A DNA stretch of 64,000 nt from an uncultured Candidatus Poseidoniales archaeon (GTDB taxonomy: Archaea > Thermoplasmatota > Poseidoniia > Poseidoniales > Thalassarchaeaceae), in assembly GCA_964013425.1 (NCBI GenBank), contig CAXGWC010000001.1, positions 51,201 to 115,200 of the forward strand. The letters run 5' to 3'. The notes under the pieces are model-generated. The model was not told the DNA's origin. It was given only the letters and a program-made list of their open reading frames with translations, and did no database searches. A program made the position numbers and the translations under genes. Shown piece by piece: positions 48,114-57,227 of the stretch. The first letter of the stretch is position 1; each line of letters opens with the position of its first letter.

Positions 48114-51100
48114 TCAACGCCTCCTCGTTCTAATTGGGCGAACATATCCTGAATCAGAATCACGCCTCTCTTCTTGTGAAAGATACTTTGGCTGAGGCGG
48201 TGGCTTATGCTGATCCATACCGGGGAGACCTCCATCGGCCTCAACTTCGTCAACATCATAGGTTTCCATCATTTCGTCAGCATCGAGCTCTTCTTCGTCT
48301 TTCTGCCTCATAATAATCCATCCTAAAACCAGCACCAGTCCGACAAGAGCAAGAAGCCCCCCGCTCTCCTTGTTAGGGACTATATCCTCCCAAGTTAGGT
48401 CAGAAAGAGACTTCGGGACGTATTCATCCTCTGTAGATAACACGGTAATCACGTAATCTCTGAAAGTACACACATCTACGGCATCACAAACCTGCATAGT
48501 AATCCTAATTTCTCCCTCTTCATCCCAGTTTAGAGGATTCCAATCCCAGTCATTCCTGTAGTCGCCATCTCCATCGGAATCCACACTGGCATCCAAATCC
48601 CATCTGACAACTAGGTTTCCCGATAGTGACCTGTCATTGTCATTCGTAGTATCACCATCCCCGTCTGTATCCACAGATGAGTCCATGTCCATCCAAGCTA
48701 CAAGCCCATCTTCTAGATCTTGATCGAATACACTATAATTCAGTAAAATAGGATCTCCAATATTTACGTAATCGGATGAAACAGGGTTTACAGTCAGGAT
48801 TTCAGGAGTTCGGGAAACAAGAACAGGGATATGTGTCGAGTTAGTCTCACCCCCCTCGAATCCATCGACAACGGTGAGAGTCACGATATATGTGCCAGGG
48901 ATGGAATACTGATGCCAGACTACCGCCCCCTCGACTTGAGGGGTTGCATCACCAAAATCCCAAATCCATCTTGTAATTCCATTCCAATCTTCACTGTTGG
49001 GGTCCGCGGAAGATTTACCCATGAAGGCGGGATCAGAATCATAACTCCTTGATCCATCAAACTTCATCAGACTGCCAGGAGAGACGAATGCGCCACCTTG
49101 CTCTGTCTGAGGTACCTGCCAAATTACTAGCTCTCCCTCTTCGGGCTCTCGATCTAGGATGATATCATCAACACTCGGGCAAGAGAAGTCAATTTCTGGT
49201 ATGGGAAGAGGGTTTTCTATCCTCAAAGTAAACGACTTCTGTGCCGACTCCAAACCAAGTACATCTGTAACAGTAAGGGTAACTGTGTAGAGTCCCGGAT
49301 CCATGAATGTGTGACTGACAGAAGATACATTTTCGATAGGATCATCCAAATCAGAAATTGTCCAAAGTGTCGACAATTGGGATGAGTCTCCATCCGGGTC
49401 GAAAGAGTAGCTAGTGAATGTGTATGTGGTGTCCACATTTCCATCCGCTGGTCTTGAGAAGACTGCAACAGGCCTTTGATTAATCACATTTACTTGAAGA
49501 ATTGCAAATGTTGAATTTCCATCATCATCTGTTACGGTAAGGCTGATATTTTTCATTCCCGGGGTTAACCAACCCACTGTTGGATTCGCCTCATCTGATG
49601 AAGTCTGAGAATAATCTGATGTCATAGTCATCCCACCCCCATCGAGATTGACACCCTCCTCGAAGGACCAGTCATAGTCTACAATCATTCCGTCACTATC
49701 TGTGAAAACAGGAGGAAGGTTCAATGGAGTCAGAGTGTAAGTCTGGAGTAGAGAGTCAAAAATCTGCTGTGGAACTCTATTTAGAATTTTAATGAAAATC
49801 GTATGCTCAACATCATGAATGCCATCACTTACCAATAAAGAAAGAGTATACACGATTCCTTCAGCACTTCCATCGACCCAAGCATGACTCGATTCATAGA
49901 GTCCTATTCCCGACTGAACCTCTCCATCGCCCCAGTTCCATTCGAAGTACAATTCCTCCAAAGGAAGATTGTCCGTCGTTCCGAGAGCAGAAAACATGAT
50001 TTGTTGATTAGTCAGTAAAACCAACTCCTCCGAGACTACAACCCCCTCAACTGAAATTTCAGGAATTGGTTCACTGGTGTCTTCAACTATTAAGTTCCAA
50101 GTTTGTGATTCTGAAAAGTAACCGCCTTGATCCATCACTGTGAGGACTATGGAGTAAACGCCTGGCTCCACGTACTGATGAATAGGATTTTTCAGAGTAG
50201 AGGAGACATTATCTCCCAAATCCCAGTAGTATGCAATGGGCGTCTCATTCTTCGAGAATGATCCATTCTCCATGCCGAATCCCCACTCATCATATCCCGA
50301 GCCGAACATGTTTACAGGTAACCAAGTCTGAGTTGAGTTTGTAGAAACTGAAATAGATGCAACAGGCTTCAGGTTAGTTAGGTCAGTCGGCAAAGAGAAA
50401 GCCTGGTCAACTAATTCAGACGTGACATCATTTATGCTCACTCCGAAAGTCCACTGCCCGGAATAAGGAGGGGTAAACCAAACGCTCTTCTCAGTAGAAA
50501 CACTATTTCCTGCAGTCAGAGAAAATACTTTCGTATCTACTAAAGAATTGTTTGAGAACGCGTCCACTGTAACCTCAAGAATCTCAAAAAATGAATTAGA
50601 TATAACTCCTAAATCAATCTGTACACTGTCAGATAGTCCATCTGAGTCCCTATCAAAATCTTCAATTGATTCAATTGATACTTCTGCAGGATCGGTGACA
50701 AGCATCGCCTGAACCGTTGCAGTCGCAGTAGGGTAACTTCCACTAGTTATTCCACAAGTGGCGTAGTTATAGTCGCAATCATCAACCGCTGACTCGTACC
50801 AAGTTGTCATCCAGACTTCATCTACATCCGTTCCAAAATCATGTATTAGGCCAGTCACAGAACCAGTTACGGGATCAACCCTCATCCTGCTCATAGACCA
50901 ACTTCCAGTACTGCTATCTTTAGCCAGTAATGCTCCCTCGAATCCAAATTCGGAAGGTTGAACCATGATATTCAAGGGAGCACCGGATCCTTGATTGAAC
51001 TTGTAAGCCCTCATTCCCCACCCTTCCAACTCTTGTAGGGGGCTTGTCCATGGATTAACCCATTGATCATTGAACCCGCTCATCTGAGCTTTACATACAT

Positions 51101-52226
51101 AAGCCGCAATACAACCAGCACTCAAATCTAGATTGGAGAACCCGAAGGCTCCTTGGCCACTGTCGATAGAAACAGCCAATGTGAAATTAGCAAATATATC
51201 ACTCATGGTAGTTCCAATTGGAGTGGATCCAGGAAGGGGATTGGAGGCCAGATCCTCTATCCCTTTCCCTCCAGTATCCGTATCGGCAACCAAAGTTGAA
51301 ATTGCGGACGCCCCGCCCAATTTGTCTGATAGATACATCAAAAATAAGAATCCAGCACCATAATCTGCAATCCTCTGATTCCACCACCTAACGCTCATAT
51401 TGGAATTCTGCGACCATGCATTAGCATGCCCAGTCAAGGAACTAGTGACTCCAAAACACAGGTAGGCGGCCATATCGGCCGCCCCCTCATCAATCCAAAT
51501 ATACTCGAAGGGATCTCTGGCATTGTGTAGCAGGTGCTGGAACTCGTGAGCCAGTATGGTATTCCTCCAGCTCAAATCATCAATATCCATGAATACTGAC
51601 TCCTTAGATGATGATAGGCCAGGAACGAAATAACCCCCGATTCCCCCTCCTCCATCTATCGAGAAGATGACGATCTCTATCTGGCAAGTATTATCCACAT
51701 CAGGGGCTGAACCGAAGTAGCTAGTCACTGTAGGAAATATTGTAGATTCCCAAGTTGAAGCAATATCGTTCAGCGTGGTTGAAGGTATTACTTGGCCATC
51801 CTCCACAAAGATTGCAGAATTACTGGAGACTTTCTGCACAGTAGCCGCTATTGACCCTCCAGCAGTAGTTACATCATCAGTATCTCCAACGCTCCAGGCA
51901 TTTTCACAGCTCCTAGTGCTCGATCTGGAATTAATGTAAGAATCAGAGAAAGGGAGAGTCAGATTAGGATAGCCATCAGACCTCCACTGTGACTTCAGGA
52001 ATCCCGTTGCAGAGTATATCGGAACAGGGGATTCTGAGAATAAATATTCTTTCCCTTCGGTAATAGGATCGAACTCACTAAGATCCCCGACAAAGCCCTC
52101 TAAATCATCGTCAGCAATATCTTCGGCCATCGCCAGGGGGGACAAACTAGTCACCACCATCAATAGTGCCAGGATGGCGGCAGTAAAGGAAGAATCACGA
52201 CGTACTTGGCCCGACATACTCAACAC
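48114..52226 (-). CDS. Giant secreted HExxH zinc metallopeptidase with multiple PKD-like domains and C-terminal anchor
   Basis: Signal peptide (..SLSPLAMA/ED), catalytic TILAHEFQHLLH and repeated PKD signatures (YYWDLGDN, WNWGDGE, WIWDFGDATP). D-rich DTDGDGDTTNDND / DSDGDGDYRND repeats, a TM helix LLALVGLVLVLGWIIM and a basic tail. Confidence 0.7.
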   Translation of the reverse strand: MLSMSGQVRRDSSFTAAILALLMVVTSLSPLAMAEDIADDDLEGFVGDLSEFDPITEGKEYLFSESPVPIYSATGFLKSQWRSDGYPNLTLPFSDSYINSRSSTRSCENAWSVGDTDDVTTAGGSIAATVQKVSSNSAIFVEDGQVIPSTTLNDIASTWESTIFPTVTSYFGSAPDVDNTCQIEIVIFSIDGGGGIGGYFVPGLSSSKESVFMDIDDLSWRNTILAHEFQHLLHNARDPFEYIWIDEGAADMAAYLCFGVTSSLTGHANAWSQNSNMSVRWWNQRIADYGAGFLFLMYLSDKLGGASAISTLVADTDTGGKGIEDLASNPLPGSTPIGTTMSDIFANFTLAVSIDSGQGAFGFSNLDLSAGCIAAYVCKAQMSGFNDQWVNPWTSPLQELEGWGMRAYKFNQGSGAPLNIMVQPSEFGFEGALLAKDSSTGSWSMSRMRVDPVTGSVTGLIHDFGTDVDEVWMTTWYESAVDDCDYNYATCGITSGSYPTATATVQAMLVTDPAEVSIESIEDFDRDSDGLSDSVQIDLGVISNSFFEILEVTVDAFSNNSLVDTKVFSLTAGNSVSTEKSVWFTPPYSGQWTFGVSINDVTSELVDQAFSLPTDLTNLKPVASISVSTNSTQTWLPVNMFGSGYDEWGFGMENGSFSKNETPIAYYWDLGDNVSSTLKNPIHQYVEPGVYSIVLTVMDQGGYFSESQTWNLIVEDTSEPIPEISVEGVVVSEELVLLTNQQIMFSALGTTDNLPLEELYFEWNWGDGEVQSGIGLYESSHAWVDGSAEGIVYTLSLLVSDGIHDVEHTIFIKILNRVPQQIFDSLLQTYTLTPLNLPPVFTDSDGMIVDYDWSFEEGVNLDGGGMTMTSDYSQTSSDEANPTVGWLTPGMKNISLTVTDDDGNSTFAILQVNVINQRPVAVFSRPADGNVDTTYTFTSYSFDPDGDSSQLSTLWTISDLDDPIENVSSVSHTFMDPGLYTVTLTVTDVLGLESAQKSFTLRIENPLPIPEIDFSCPSVDDIILDREPEEGELVIWQVPQTEQGGAFVSPGSLMKFDGSRSYDSDPAFMGKSSADPNSEDWNGITRWIWDFGDATPQVEGAVVWHQYSIPGTYIVTLTVVDGFEGGETNSTHIPVLVSRTPEILTVNPVSSDYVNIGDPILLNYSVFDQDLEDGLVAWMDMDSSVDTDGDGDTTNDNDRSLSGNLVVRWDLDASVDSDGDGDYRNDWDWNPLNWDEEGEIRITMQVCDAVDVCTFRDYVITVLSTEDEYVPKSLSDLTWEDIVPNKESGGLLALVGLVLVLGWIIMRQKDEEELDADEMMETYDVDEVEADGGLPGMDQHKPPPQPKYLSQEERRDSDSGYVRPIRTRRR

Positions 52227-52275
52227 TCCGTGTTGTAACTAGAACGAATCGGTTCTAAGACGTATTTTAACACCG

Positions 52276-53331
52276 ATGGAGCATCGTTCATACATGAGTC
52301 GTACAGGGCGGAGTAGTTTACTACTCTCCCTCCTAGTATCAGCGTTTGTATTTTCACCACTTATACAAGCTGAAAATGTCGACGAATACGGCGAAAATAT
52401 TGAGCATGAAATCATCATACTAAGCGAACACCACCATCAAAATGATGCATTCACACAGGGACTAGAAATGTACAACGGAACATTATATGAGAGTACAGGG
52501 TTGTACGGTTTCTCCTCATTAAGGGAAGTCGATCCAATAACTGGCGGTGTTATCAGGTCGAAATTATTTAATGACACGATATTTGCAGAAGGAATTACAA
52601 TCTACAATGGTACCATTGTAATGCTCACATGGAAGAGTCAAGTTGCATATGTCTTCGAGATGGAAAATCTATCCGAAGTATCCTCATATGTGTATGAGGG
52701 AGAAGGTTGGGGGATTTGCTTCGATGGGAATTATTTCGTCATGTCAAATGGAACTTCCAGTATTTCATTTCGAAATACAGAAACGTTTGAGATTGAAAGA
52801 ACGGTTTCAGTCACAGATAGTTTTGGAAACTTGATAAGTAAAATAAATGAGTTGGAATGTGTCAATACTTCTGCTGGACCAAGAGTGATTGCCAATGTTT
52901 GGCAACAGGATATAATTGTGGTATTCGATCCTTCCAACGGTACGGTCCTGGGAGAGTATGACGCCAGCCATCTCACCTCTGAAAACAATCATGGCATCAA
53001 TAACGTACTCAACGGTATCGCGCACAGTACAGGTTCAGAATTTTGGATTACTGGGAAGAATTGGTCTAAAATGTATCTTATTCAGATGACAAATCTTTCA
53101 CAGGCCGTAGAAGATATATGTGTATCATCATGTAATGTAGGGCAAGATTCTATTTCCTCAGGCAGAGGTTTGATGACCATTACAGTCTTAATCGTAGGGC
53201 TATTAATCATATTTTTCCGGCGGGATGATATGCCTGTTGGGGGAGAAAGCGTAGAAACTGGTAATCGGCATGATGAACAGCCTAAACCCACTCCCCCGAT
53301 ACAAGAGGATGGGGTGATACTCGATGATTGA
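52276..53331 (+). CDS. Glutaminyl-peptide cyclotransferase (beta-propeller type), signal peptide and C-terminal TM anchor
   Basis: AFTQGLEMYNGTLYESTGLYGFSSLREVDPITG and EGWGICFDG.. NELECV blocks are typical of plant/bacterial glutamine cyclotransferase. C-terminal TM helix MTITVLIVGLLIIFF. Confidence 0.7.
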   Translation: MEHRSYMSRTGRSSLLLSLLVSAFVFSPLIQAENVDEYGENIEHEIIILSEHHHQNDAFTQGLEMYNGTLYESTGLYGFSSLREVDPITGGVIRSKLFNDTIFAEGITIYNGTIVMLTWKSQVAYVFEMENLSEVSSYVYEGEGWGICFDGNYFVMSNGTSSISFRNTETFEIERTVSVTDSFGNLISKINELECVNTSAGPRVIANVWQQDIIVVFDPSNGTVLGEYDASHLTSENNHGINNVLNGIAHSTGSEFWITGKNWSKMYLIQMTNLSQAVEDICVSSCNVGQDSISSGRGLMTITVLIVGLLIIFFRRDDMPVGGESVETGNRHDEQPKPTPPIQEDGVILDD

Positions 53332-54079
53332 AGAGTTTGAGGAGGAATTGGATGATTCAAAAGGCCTGCAACTCTGGCTATCTGATCTTTCCACAGACTC
53401 TGCTACTAGAAACCTAGGGGCAGTATTGATAGGAATCGGTGGAATGTTAGGTTTCATCATAGGAATAATGCTAATTTCTGGTAATGTAAGTGATATTCTT
53501 TCAGGACAAGTTGAGCAGTCAGGGGGGACCGCAGATGTAGAAGGAATAGTAGTATCAGAACTAGTTAGCAATTCATCTGGCGCAGAAGGAATAAGTGAAA
53601 TTGACGTTTTACTTTATGATGAGGATGGAATAGTAATTGGTAGCGATTTAACGGACTCAGGCGGTAGATTCTCAATCGAAGATGTCCCTCGAAGGTCCGT
53701 TAAATTGGAAGTTGCACATCCGGGAAATATCACTGTTCAGGTCCTATTAATTCCCGGAGACCACTCTCAGATTACAATTACTCTTAGGGAGGGCGATGGG
53801 ACTCAAAAATTGGATATGGAAGGGGAGAGCTATCTGAGGGAGTCAGTTTTAATCGCTACGATATTTGCAATTTTCACTTTATTGACCGGGCTTGCAGGAA
53901 TCCTCGGAGGTTTAGAGGCAAGAAAAGGAATTAGCTACAAGAAGACGTGGGGCCTCGCCTTTCTCGGTCTTTGGAGTGGTGGACTAATGTTCGTGGGTCC
54001 CCTATTCACACTATCGGGAATGGGCCTTGTAGGACTATCCAGAAGACAATTCTACGATGTACACTCCAAGGAGGATTGA
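53324..54079 (+). CDS. Membrane protein with CarboxypepD_reg-like beta-sandwich
   Basis: A TM helix, then VEGIVVSE..VLLYDEDGIVIGSDLTDSGGRFSIEDVP..LEVAHPGN, then three C-terminal TM helices. Overlaps the previous gene by 8 nt. Confidence 0.55.
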   Translation: MIEEFEEELDDSKGLQLWLSDLSTDSATRNLGAVLIGIGGMLGFIIGIMLISGNVSDILSGQVEQSGGTADVEGIVVSELVSNSSGAEGISEIDVLLYDEDGIVIGSDLTDSGGRFSIEDVPRRSVKLEVAHPGNITVQVLLIPGDHSQITITLREGDGTQKLDMEGESYLRESVLIATIFAIFTLLTGLAGILGGLEARKGISYKKTWGLAFLGLWSGGLMFVGPLFTLSGMGLVGLSRRQFYDVHSKED

Positions 54080-54081
54080 CC

Positions 54082-55428
54082 ATGTACCTGATCACCATCG
54101 AGGGAGGTGATGGAAGCGGTAAGGGCCTTGCTACTAAGGTAGTCTCTGAGGTAATGAGGAAGGAGTTCCCATTCGTGTCTGTCAGTGTAACGGGAGAGCC
54201 TAGGAGAGATCACCCGCTAGGTAGGCTGGCTATCGATTCCGTCAGGAGAAAAACCACAAGCCCGGAGAGAGAAGCCGGCCTGTTTGCGGCTGACAGGGTA
54301 GATCACTCGCATGGCTGGATTCTTCCAAGGTTAGAATCTGGAATTGGAGTGGTCAGTGAGAGGAACATACACTCTTCCCTGGTATACCAAGGAATTGTGG
54401 GCCAACTGGGAATAGAAAAAGTGGCACATATGAATTCAGCTGCCTTAGTGCCGGATTTATGTATCTGGGTTGATTGTAATCCGAAGGTTGCTTTAGACAG
54501 GATAAAGAGCGGAACACTGAGAGCTCATTCGGACAAAGAAGAATATTTCGAGACGAGCGAACTTCAGAAGGAGATTAGAGCAGGATACACGGAGCTTCTA
54601 TCTGGAAATATTGAGATGCCAACTCCTTTCGATATGGGGGCAATCATCGGACCCGTTCTTAACGAAGGCTCCGAAGATGAATTCAAAACGAAGCTCAAAT
54701 CCCTAATCAGGAACTTCATGCATTCTCGTCCCGAGCCGGTGAATGTTCGTTCGGAATTAGTAGACAGGAATCTAGTCAGTGAACTGATAAAATCTTCTAG
54801 GGGTCAATCGACATTACAGGGACTGGGAGTGAGGCCAGCGATTAGGGAACAAGAATGGTTGAATGGAGATTCGCCATGGAGGGTCCTAAAGAATTTTCAA
54901 GAAGCTCATTCTGATACTCTCGCAGGGTCATTAGAGTCAGAGAGGGTAGATGTTCCACATAACGTATTGTCTCACTCTATTTCCTCAGTCTGTGGGACGT
55001 TATCATTGATGAGGACAGCGAATATAAGGGAACTAAGAAAATCGCTGGGCCCGGTAAGGTCTGTTTCAGAGAGACATACTCAGACAATTGTCAGGTATCT
55101 AAATGAGAAATTAGGATGTATACATCAGCATAGGTCCCTAATTGGAAGAGAGGCACCCCGTTCCCAGATGAAGGATGAATCACGACCTTTCGGTAGATTA
55201 GCTATAGCAATTTGGCCCCTCAAGGACGTTCTGAGGAAATGGATGAAGAAAAATCCAGACACTCATATCAGATTTGCATTAGGACAAATAATCAGATCTG
55301 GAAAATATCCCTCAGCCGTGAAATCCACATTAGAGAGGATTGCAATAATCGGGACTGGCAGAGATTCCTTTCCACTACCAAAAAATGAGAATGACCTTAT
55401 CTCATGGTGGACAATGAAATCTCTTTGA
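54082..55428 (+). CDS. tmk: Thymidylate kinase with ~245-aa C-terminal extension of unknown function
   Basis: ATG 54082 follows AGGAGG. MYLITIEGGDGSGKGLA (P-loop), FAADRVDH and VSERNIHSSLVYQG are Tmk-like over ~200 aa. The remainder is basic with no recognised motif. Confidence 0.7.
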   Translation: MYLITIEGGDGSGKGLATKVVSEVMRKEFPFVSVSVTGEPRRDHPLGRLAIDSVRRKTTSPEREAGLFAADRVDHSHGWILPRLESGIGVVSERNIHSSLVYQGIVGQLGIEKVAHMNSAALVPDLCIWVDCNPKVALDRIKSGTLRAHSDKEEYFETSELQKEIRAGYTELLSGNIEMPTPFDMGAIIGPVLNEGSEDEFKTKLKSLIRNFMHSRPEPVNVRSELVDRNLVSELIKSSRGQSTLQGLGVRPAIREQEWLNGDSPWRVLKNFQEAHSDTLAGSLESERVDVPHNVLSHSISSVCGTLSLMRTANIRELRKSLGPVRSVSERHTQTIVRYLNEKLGCIHQHRSLIGREAPRSQMKDESRPFGRLAIAIWPLKDVLRKWMKKNPDTHIRFALGQIIRSGKYPSAVKSTLERIAIIGTGRDSFPLPKNENDLISWWTMKSL

Positions 55429-56409
55429 CTATTTCAATGTCAATCTTGAATTTGCGGGCAGTATGACAGATGAGGGGGAATCAAATAACTCGGGTCTGGA
55501 AGACAGGGCGGAGTTTACGAACCAACCTATTACAAAACCTGCCATGAATCCTGTGATTACTCTGATTATGTTTGTGGATTCATATACAGTAAGCAATTGA
55601 GTAAATCCATCCATCGCCATAGGAACAATACCTAGCGCTAGAAATAATATCATCAATCTCAAACGTCCGTCATTTAGATATACAGATTCTATTGAGTCAT
55701 CATCAAAAACTGAAAGGAAAGAATCCCTTACAGTCCACCTATTGTATCCCCGCATTCTGAAGAATAATGATCCCATGAAGAATCCCATGAAGATTCCAAT
55801 ATCCCTAGCACAAACTGGCATCTGGTTTTCATTTATTTTCCACGAACGATCATGCTTCTGATGACAGTTTATATCTCCAAAAGCGTATACTAAGCCAAAT
55901 ACTGGATTCAGTTCAGACCACGCGAAAGAACCACCGTGAGATGATTGATTATGCCCCACACTACCTCTCTCATCATGGTCACTATTTCCCCAACTCCCCT
56001 CGTTCATGTAGTCTATTGCATTTGCTCTCCCAGATAGTTCTGGCACACTTCCTTCTGCTAACATAAGCGGAGAAATGAAGAACATCAACAGTAAGAAGCC
56101 CGAGATAGAACTCATAAGACCAGAAACTCTTAACTCTCTTTTTCTCTCAATTCGTCCATTCTTAAGCTTGAACTTATCTTGTCCAGTGCTCACTGAATCT
56201 CTCTCTATTGGCTCACTATCCTCCGAATCATCATTCTCTGAAACCTCACTTTTTGAACTTCTATTGTAAATGGCACAAGCTGTAACGACAATAGATCCAG
56301 CAATTAGGATAGTCGGAGAGTCATCTAGTTGAATACTAGCAATCTCCCTGTGACTACAAAAGATACACACACTTGTCCCAACTATCCATAACAAATCAAT
56401 GTATCTCAT
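55429..56409 (-). CDS. DUF2085-family membrane protein with N-terminal extension
   Basis: NCHQKHDRSW..QMPVCARDIGIFMGFFMG matches the DUF2085 CHQ..R / CARC-like core. Multiple TM helices. Confidence 0.55.
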   Translation of the reverse strand: MRYIDLLWIVGTSVCIFCSHREIASIQLDDSPTILIAGSIVVTACAIYNRSSKSEVSENDDSEDSEPIERDSVSTGQDKFKLKNGRIERKRELRVSGLMSSISGFLLLMFFISPLMLAEGSVPELSGRANAIDYMNEGSWGNSDHDERGSVGHNQSSHGGSFAWSELNPVFGLVYAFGDINCHQKHDRSWKINENQMPVCARDIGIFMGFFMGSLFFRMRGYNRWTVRDSFLSVFDDDSIESVYLNDGRLRLMILFLALGIVPMAMDGFTQLLTVYESTNIIRVITGFMAGFVIGWFVNSALSSRPELFDSPSSVILPANSRLTLK

Positions 56410-56447
56410 ACCCTCTAACTCTTGAACTCTAGCTACTTGCGGAGGAC

Positions 56448-57227
56448 GTGACCGATATCACTACAAGAGATGCATTCTCTATTTCTGTAGTCGCCGGATC
56501 CATGGTTGGAACCATGGCTTCCTTCATCTCTATCTTCGCAACAGGCCTAGATGACCCTGATATCATGCTCTCTCTCAGATCTGGAATTGTAGCAGGATTC
56601 TCCACCGCTTCCCTACTACTTATATTCGCCTTGTACAGGATTAGGGAGATTTCTTCCAAGGGCGACTCAAGAGAACAAAGGAGGAACGCAGAGACAAAAT
56701 ATCTCCGAAGAATACTTTCCCCTTTAGAAGAACAGGCACAGGAGCGTGGAACCACGTGGAGTGTGAAAAATATGGTTAGGAGGGACAGGGGAGTTCTACT
56801 AGTTGAAATCGCCGAATTAGACCCATACTTAGCATCATCTTTAGCCGAACGTCTGATCCAGGGAAGAGAAGGCCTCAGGAAAGTCAAAATTAGGACTGGT
56901 TTTTATGGAACCTCGTCTACAACAAAAAGCAACCCCGGATCTAGGCCTGCAATCTTACAGAGACTGAAAATTGATGCTAAGAGAGTAAATTGGCAAGTTA
57001 TTCAGAAATCATCCTCTATCACATTGAGACCGATGGGAGAGGCTCCTTCGCCGAGATTATGGGCCATAAGATTTGGAATATTCGTCATCCCAGTTACATT
57101 GGTCATGTCTCTAGCTTTCAGAGATTTAGCAGGCAATGGACTGGAGCAACAAGGAATTATTTTCGGTTCGGCGTGTGGGATAATTATCTCTGCACTAGCT
57201 GCTTCATTTCGAGATAGAACTTCCTAA
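56448..57227 (+). CDS. Hypothetical membrane protein
   Basis: GTG start right after GGAGGAC. Two N-terminal and two C-terminal hydrophobic helices flank a basic soluble domain. Preferred over the antisense ORF 56429-56887. Confidence 0.45.
   Translation: MTDITTRDAFSISVVAGSMVGTMASFISIFATGLDDPDIMLSLRSGIVAGFSTASLLLIFALYRIREISSKGDSREQRRNAETKYLRRILSPLEEQAQERGTTWSVKNMVRRDRGVLLVEIAELDPYLASSLAERLIQGREGLRKVKIRTGFYGTSSTTKSNPGSRPAILQRLKIDAKRVNWQVIQKSSSITLRPMGEAPSPRLWAIRFGIFVIPVTLVMSLAFRDLAGNGLEQQGIIFGSACGIIISALAASFRDRTS

Noticed and set aside
53947-54081. A 45-aa N-terminal extension of the tmk ORF, and similarly the 69-aa extension of sufC (60530-60736).
   Set aside because: The extensions overlap the neighbouring gene or promoter region and have no family similarity. 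Canonical family N-termini begin at internal ATGs (54082 after AGGAGG; 60529).
56429-56887. A 152-aa minus-strand ORF overlapping the 56448-57227 plus-strand ORF.
   Set aside because: The plus-strand ORF is longer, has GGAGGAC directly before its GTG start and has a coherent TM-soluble-TM layout. The minus ORF has no such support.
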